Below, piece by piece: positions 61,744 through 64,000 of a stretch of 64,000 nucleotides of DNA; position 1 is the stretch's first letter, and the number at the start of each line of letters is the position of its first letter. Made by a program: the position numbers and the translations under genes. Under the pieces are notes generated by a model, which saw only the letters and a program-made list of their open reading frames with translations, was not told the DNA's origin and searched no databases. Source of the stretch: Lepidodermella squamata (Eukaryota > Animalia > Gastrotricha); contig JBLDXI010000013.1 in the NCBI GenBank assembly GCA_047495785.1, forward strand, positions 3,038,001 through 3,102,000, written 5' to 3'.

Positions 61744-62046
61744 TTGATCTGGCTGTTGAGAACAACTGTGACACAACATCGAATACCGCCCGTTTCCCTT
61801 CAAAAGCACACATGCCAAAATCTTGACCTAACTGTAATCTTACTGTTTGAAAAATTGAGCCTGATTTCTGTGGAATTGTTGATTGGATGGACAGCATTTA
61901 TTGCTGTAGTCCGACTTATCTTGATTAACACTGAAACAGACATCATATTCGAGTTTTATTGTTTCATGAAGCATCAGAGAGATCATCTTGAAGACGGGTC
62001 GTTGATTCGATGTACTCGGCGCACCGGCGGCATACCGGTTGACTCA

Positions 62047-63423
62047 TTAGTCTCTTGTTGCGACGCGACCTGTTCTGGAGCTGGATTGGCCATCCTGGTT
62101 TTCGTCACTTTTTCTGTCAACATCGTCTTGCGACACCTCGCCGTCTCCTACTTCGCCTGCACTATAAGATTTCTCATTCATAAGTAAAATGCATGAATTG
62201 AATTACAGTCTTGTTACTTACCTGGTTTGAGGCTCTTCGTTGGTGTCGTCATCTTGTTGGCTAACAGTTTCTCTCACGTCAGCATTCGACCTCGATAATG
62301 ATCTCACCTTCCTACTGGATGTGTCTGAGGTGCTCTTGGCCCTTGTCCTCGCATGATGTGATTTTACTAGGTCAATGGCTTGGTTAATATTTCGTTTCAC
62401 CTCAGCGTACTTTTTGATCAGTGCCGTTTTCGAAGGCCTAGTTTCGGGTGCAGCTTTCTCCTCTCCTGGCTCGTCCCCTTCATGAAGATGCAGTTTACGC
62501 CGCATTAAATTGTCCAAGTAGCTTTCCTCATCATCATAGTCTTCCTCGTCTGACCCCCCAACTGCAAATTTCGGCTTTGCTGGGCTCTTCTGCACATATC
62601 TAAGGCCATATGCGCCTCTAGGCTCGTTGTCTGCAGATAGCATCGATGACGAATTAGCCCTGCTCGGAGGTCTTGAAGCTATGTTTCTCCGCGACGACTG
62701 TCTAGAGAGTCTCCCTGGAGGATGTTCGATCTCCTCATCACGGGAGGACCTCATTCGGCCATTTTCAGGGTAGTAGCTTGCAGGATCTCCATAAGTCCCG
62801 TTTCTATCGTAATGCTGTTGATGCCTTCGTTGAATTAATTCTTCATCATCGACTTCAACCTCGCCCTGCCTTTGAGATACTTGCTGGGGGGTAAATCCTT
62901 TTCTCGCTTTATCTTTCCGCGTATCACGAAATTCGATCAAGTTCACTAATGCTTCGTCCCGTTCTGGCGTAGTTGGGTTGTAGTTGAAAGGAGACCGAAT
63001 AGGGCTTCTGTAATCGCCCTCACTCAACTCTGGATACTGCTCGGCATTGTGCTGTCCCCTTTCAGGCGTACGTGTTTGTCGCTGATATTCGAAATGATTA
63101 TATCTATCCGTGTAGAACGGCCTCCTGTCAACAAATCTGCTCCGAGGGCGCCTTGTTCGTGGCCTGTTGGGACGTGGCATTTGACTTCCTAAGACGAATA
63201 TAGGCCTATTCGCATAAGGATCCATCACTTGGCTTGCTGGGGCTGAAGCAAACATTGGCACGGTGGGGGCGATGATCGGCATAGCTGGCATTGCGTGCGT
63301 CGATGGCACGCCAAACATATTACCAGCGTGGAAATGATTATCATACCCATAAGGCGCTCCGTTATGGTGGCATCTTACGCAGTTTGTAAGGTGATGAGCG
63401 TCACAGCATGGATAGTGCGCCAT
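62047..63423 (-). CDS. Low-complexity Arg/Pro/Glu-rich protein of unknown function (exons 63423-62222 and probably 62161-62047)
   Basis: 401-aa ORF whose end coincides with a CAG|GTAAGT donor; the next exon adds 38 aa in frame. Confidence 0.6.
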
Positions 63424-63510
63424 TTTTACTTTAGTTTGTTCATTAGGAACGATCGAATTGGTTTAGTGAACTAGGTATTTAAGGCGCATTTTTTATTATT
63501 GGATTATTGT

Positions 63511-64000
63511 TCAGTTAAATTCAAATGTGCTCATAGACAAATTGGGAGAAATGTGGTCGTATTTGTCGAATAGTTTTTTCCCCTTGCCCTCTTCTGCAGC
63601 AGCCGCAGCCACATAAGCAGGTAGCAGGTGCTCAGTTCGAGGGTGAGCGATGTCTATAACGCTCAACTTCGTTAATTCCAGCAACCGCTTTTCCCTTTCT
63701 TCGCCAGTAAGGGTCGTCAAAGCTTCAGTGAGAAGCTGCTCGAATTCCAAGGCCCACCATTCGGTTTCGGTTGGTCGAACCGGAGGGGTCTCGCCGTGCA
63801 CTGAGCTGCCACTTCCAATGATCAGCACGCCTTCGTCTCTCAAAGGAGCTAGAGCCTTGCCAAGCTTCAGATGGAACTCAGGATCCAGTGAATCATTCAG
63901 TGATAGCTGAATTACCGGAACAGGCATTTCGGGAACCCTAAAAATTTAGATGTTAAAAGGCTCAAGAACATCGACAAATTCTTACATGATCTTCAGAGGT
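63511..64000 (-). CDS. DODA-type (LigB family) extradiol aromatic ring-opening dioxygenase, 3' part
   Basis: PVIQLSL..LDPEFHLKLGKALAPLRDEGVLIIGSGSSVH and AHPRTEHLLP motifs; intron begins above ~63938. Confidence 0.88.

Overview
This is a compact, AT-rich eukaryotic window, almost certainly from an invertebrate animal, with short (~45-60 nt) GT-AG introns. Host genes in order: 3' part of phosphorylase kinase beta (PHKB); a 4-exon TACC-type coiled-coil gene; two paralogous GPI-type Ly6/three-finger-like genes; a tandem, recently rearranged cluster of a novel all-helical gene family (subtypes A and B, including a B-A fusion); a USP-like cysteine protease gene; several single-pass membrane proteins; an intron-containing bacterial-type M4 (LasB/vibriolysin-like) metalloprotease; a TIR-domain-like protein; two PAN+fibrinogen-like secreted paralogues; and a DODA/LigB-type dioxygenase. 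The most striking object is a young 9.4-kb DNA transposon (49349-58781) bounded by ~245-bp, ~99%-identical terminal inverted repeats. It encodes an apparently intact 8-exon RAG1/Transib/Chapaev-type DDE transposase. Convergent to it is an intact 5-exon Rad21/Rec8-family alpha-kleisin (cohesin subunit) that has no ExxR separase motif, plus three small spliced basic genes. Non-coding structure includes an inverted pair of minimal hammerhead ribozymes, a pogo-like MITE carrying two convergent tRNA-like Pol III units, template-switch palindromes and LINE remnants. All gene models were spliced by eye and family calls come from remembered motifs; no database searches were run.
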